A stretch of 44,770 nt of DNA from NCBI GenBank assembly GCA_029560215.1, contig JAKPZB010000068.1, forward strand, positions 1-44,770, in the 5' to 3' direction. This DNA comes from Methanobacteriota archaeon. Its GTDB lineage: Archaea; Thermoplasmatota; Thermoplasmata; Methanomassiliicoccales; UBA472. Under the pieces are notes generated by a model. It had not been told where the DNA came from. It was given only the letters and a program-made list of their open reading frames with translations, and did not search any database. How positions within the stretch are numbered: the first letter of the stretch is position 1; each line of letters opens with the position of its first letter. This document shows positions 43,509-44,770 of the stretch, one piece after another. Made by a program: the position numbers and the translations under genes.

Positions 43509-44039
43509 ATGAAGGCAAGCATAGAGAAAGCGTTGAACGACCAGATAAACGCCGAGCTGTACTCGGCCTATCTGTACAAGTCCATGGAGATGTACCTGCA
43601 CTCGATCGACCTTCCGGGAATGGCCAATTGGATGAAAGTCCAGGTCCAGGAAGAGCTGGCGCATGCCGAGGGACTTATCCAGTTCGTCAACCTTCGCGGC
43701 GGTCGCGTTATGCTGGCGGCCATCGAAGGGCCGAAGAAGGAATGGAAGTCGGCTGCGGAGGTCTTCGCTGACGCCTACGATCACGAGTCCAAGGTGGTCA
43801 CCGTCAAGATCCACAAGTTGGTTGATCTGGCCATAAAAGAGAAGGACCACGCCTTCAACCAGTTCCTGCAGTGGTATGTGGCCGAGCAGGTCGAGGAGGA
43901 GGACAACACCTCCACGTTGCTGAGGAAACTGAAGAAGATCGGTGATCACATGCCCAGCCTGATGCAGGTGGACGCCCAGCTGGCAACTAGGGTCTTCACC
44001 GCGCCAGTGATTCCCGGGACCACTGTAGGCGGACCGTAA
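43509..44039 (+). CDS. ftn: Ferritin
   Basis: LNDQINAELYSAYLY, EELAH, HE, FLQWYVAEQVEEE. Confidence 0.95.
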   Translation: MKASIEKALNDQINAELYSAYLYKSMEMYLHSIDLPGMANWMKVQVQEELAHAEGLIQFVNLRGGRVMLAAIEGPKKEWKSAAEVFADAYDHESKVVTVKIHKLVDLAIKEKDHAFNQFLQWYVAEQVEEEDNTSTLLRKLKKIGDHMPSLMQVDAQLATRVFTAPVIPGTTVGGP

Positions 44040-44052
44040 AAAAACTCAAAAG

Positions 44053-44070
44053 GCAGGGGAGGTCCCCTGC
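44053..44070. terminator. GC-rich hairpin between convergent ferritin and fasciclin genes
   Basis: GCAGGGG-AGGT-CCCCTGC with an A tract on the left and T-rich sequence on the right. Confidence 0.6.
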
Positions 44071-44088
44071 GTTATTCTATTAATCAGT

Positions 44089-44541
44089 TTACGGAACCAG
44101 GACCTTGTTCACCACGTGGATGTATCCGTTCTTGCACTTGATGTTGCCGCGGATGATGGTGGCCCCAGCGACCTTCAGAAGCCCCTTGGCGTCAACGGCC
44201 ACTTCCTTCTGGTCGGCAGTGGCGACGGTCGGCTTGGCCGCCAACTGATCGTAGGACAGCGCGCCCTCAACGACGTGGTGGGTGAGCACGGCCTTCAACT
44301 TGGCCTTGTCCTTCAACAACGCTTCCATAGTTCCATCTGGCAGGTCTATGAACGCGGAGTTGTTAGGGACGAACACCGTGAACGGCCCCTTCTTTCCCAG
44401 CAGATCAACCAATCCAGCTTCCTTCAGTGCCGCGACGAGGGTCTTGTAGTCTCCGTCCGCTGCCAAAGTCTCTGCGATGGTCTTCAGGTTAGGGTCAGCG
44501 ACCCAAGATCCCTTCTTTTTGAATATATCGAAGAATCCCAT
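44089..44541 (-). CDS. Fasciclin (FAS1) domain protein
   Basis: TLVAALKEAGL, GPFTVFVPNNSAF, NGYIHVVNKVL; start ATG 44541. Confidence 0.92.
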   Translation of the reverse strand: MGFFDIFKKKGSWVADPNLKTIAETLAADGDYKTLVAALKEAGLVDLLGKKGPFTVFVPNNSAFIDLPDGTMEALLKDKAKLKAVLTHHVVEGALSYDQLAAKPTVATADQKEVAVDAKGLLKVAGATIIRGNIKCKNGYIHVVNKVLVP

Positions 44542-44770
44542 GAAATCCCTGGGAGCGAATTTGACTTGTATCAATATAAAACCATACTATTAACGCTATA
44601 AAGTTCCCTATTTCCATTTTCTAATATATAAAAAAAATTTCCAGATGTTCGGAGCGTTATCAATAAAACACGAAAGATATTTATAATGAGGAAAAGCGCG
44701 AGCTTTGAAATCCGTTGAAAATAATCTAGTTTAACTAATTGCTTAATAATAATATATGATATAGTTACAA

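Noticed and set aside
42900..44770. Replication origin in the AT-rich spacers
   Set aside because: No recognisable ORB repeats and no orc1/cdc6 gene in the window

Overview
GC-rich archaeal chromosome segment. The gene set (archaeal gltX, aspS, trm1, tpiA, class V fbp, thermosome, archaeal dnaG, Nre, MptD, DUF2124, intron-containing tRNA) fits a Methanomassiliicoccales-like member of the Thermoplasmata; this taxonomy is inferred from gene content and was not searched. About 1-39 kb is densely packed housekeeping, DNA-repair and stress genes (about 44 CDS plus tRNA-Ser(CGA) with a 21-nt intron). From about 39 kb the intergenic spacers become long and very AT-rich. This part starts with two overlapping paralogous serine recombinases bracketed by a 15-bp near-perfect direct repeat. 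It continues with a structured leader and uORF, a SatP-like transporter, proline dehydrogenase, a small RHH-like gene, ferritin and a fasciclin gene. Best candidates for undescribed biology: (i) the twin-recombinase cassette and its flanking sites; (ii) the structured leader with a Met-rich uORF before the transporter and ProDH genes; (iii) a dnaG operon with a long base-paired leader and a protease-less, zinc-ribbon Lon ATPase; (iv) a four-His cytochrome b561-like protein; (v) a three-gene Nre/SplB-like repair operon. No CRISPR array, rRNA or IS element was seen. Family calls come from motif recognition by eye; no searches or folding programs were run.
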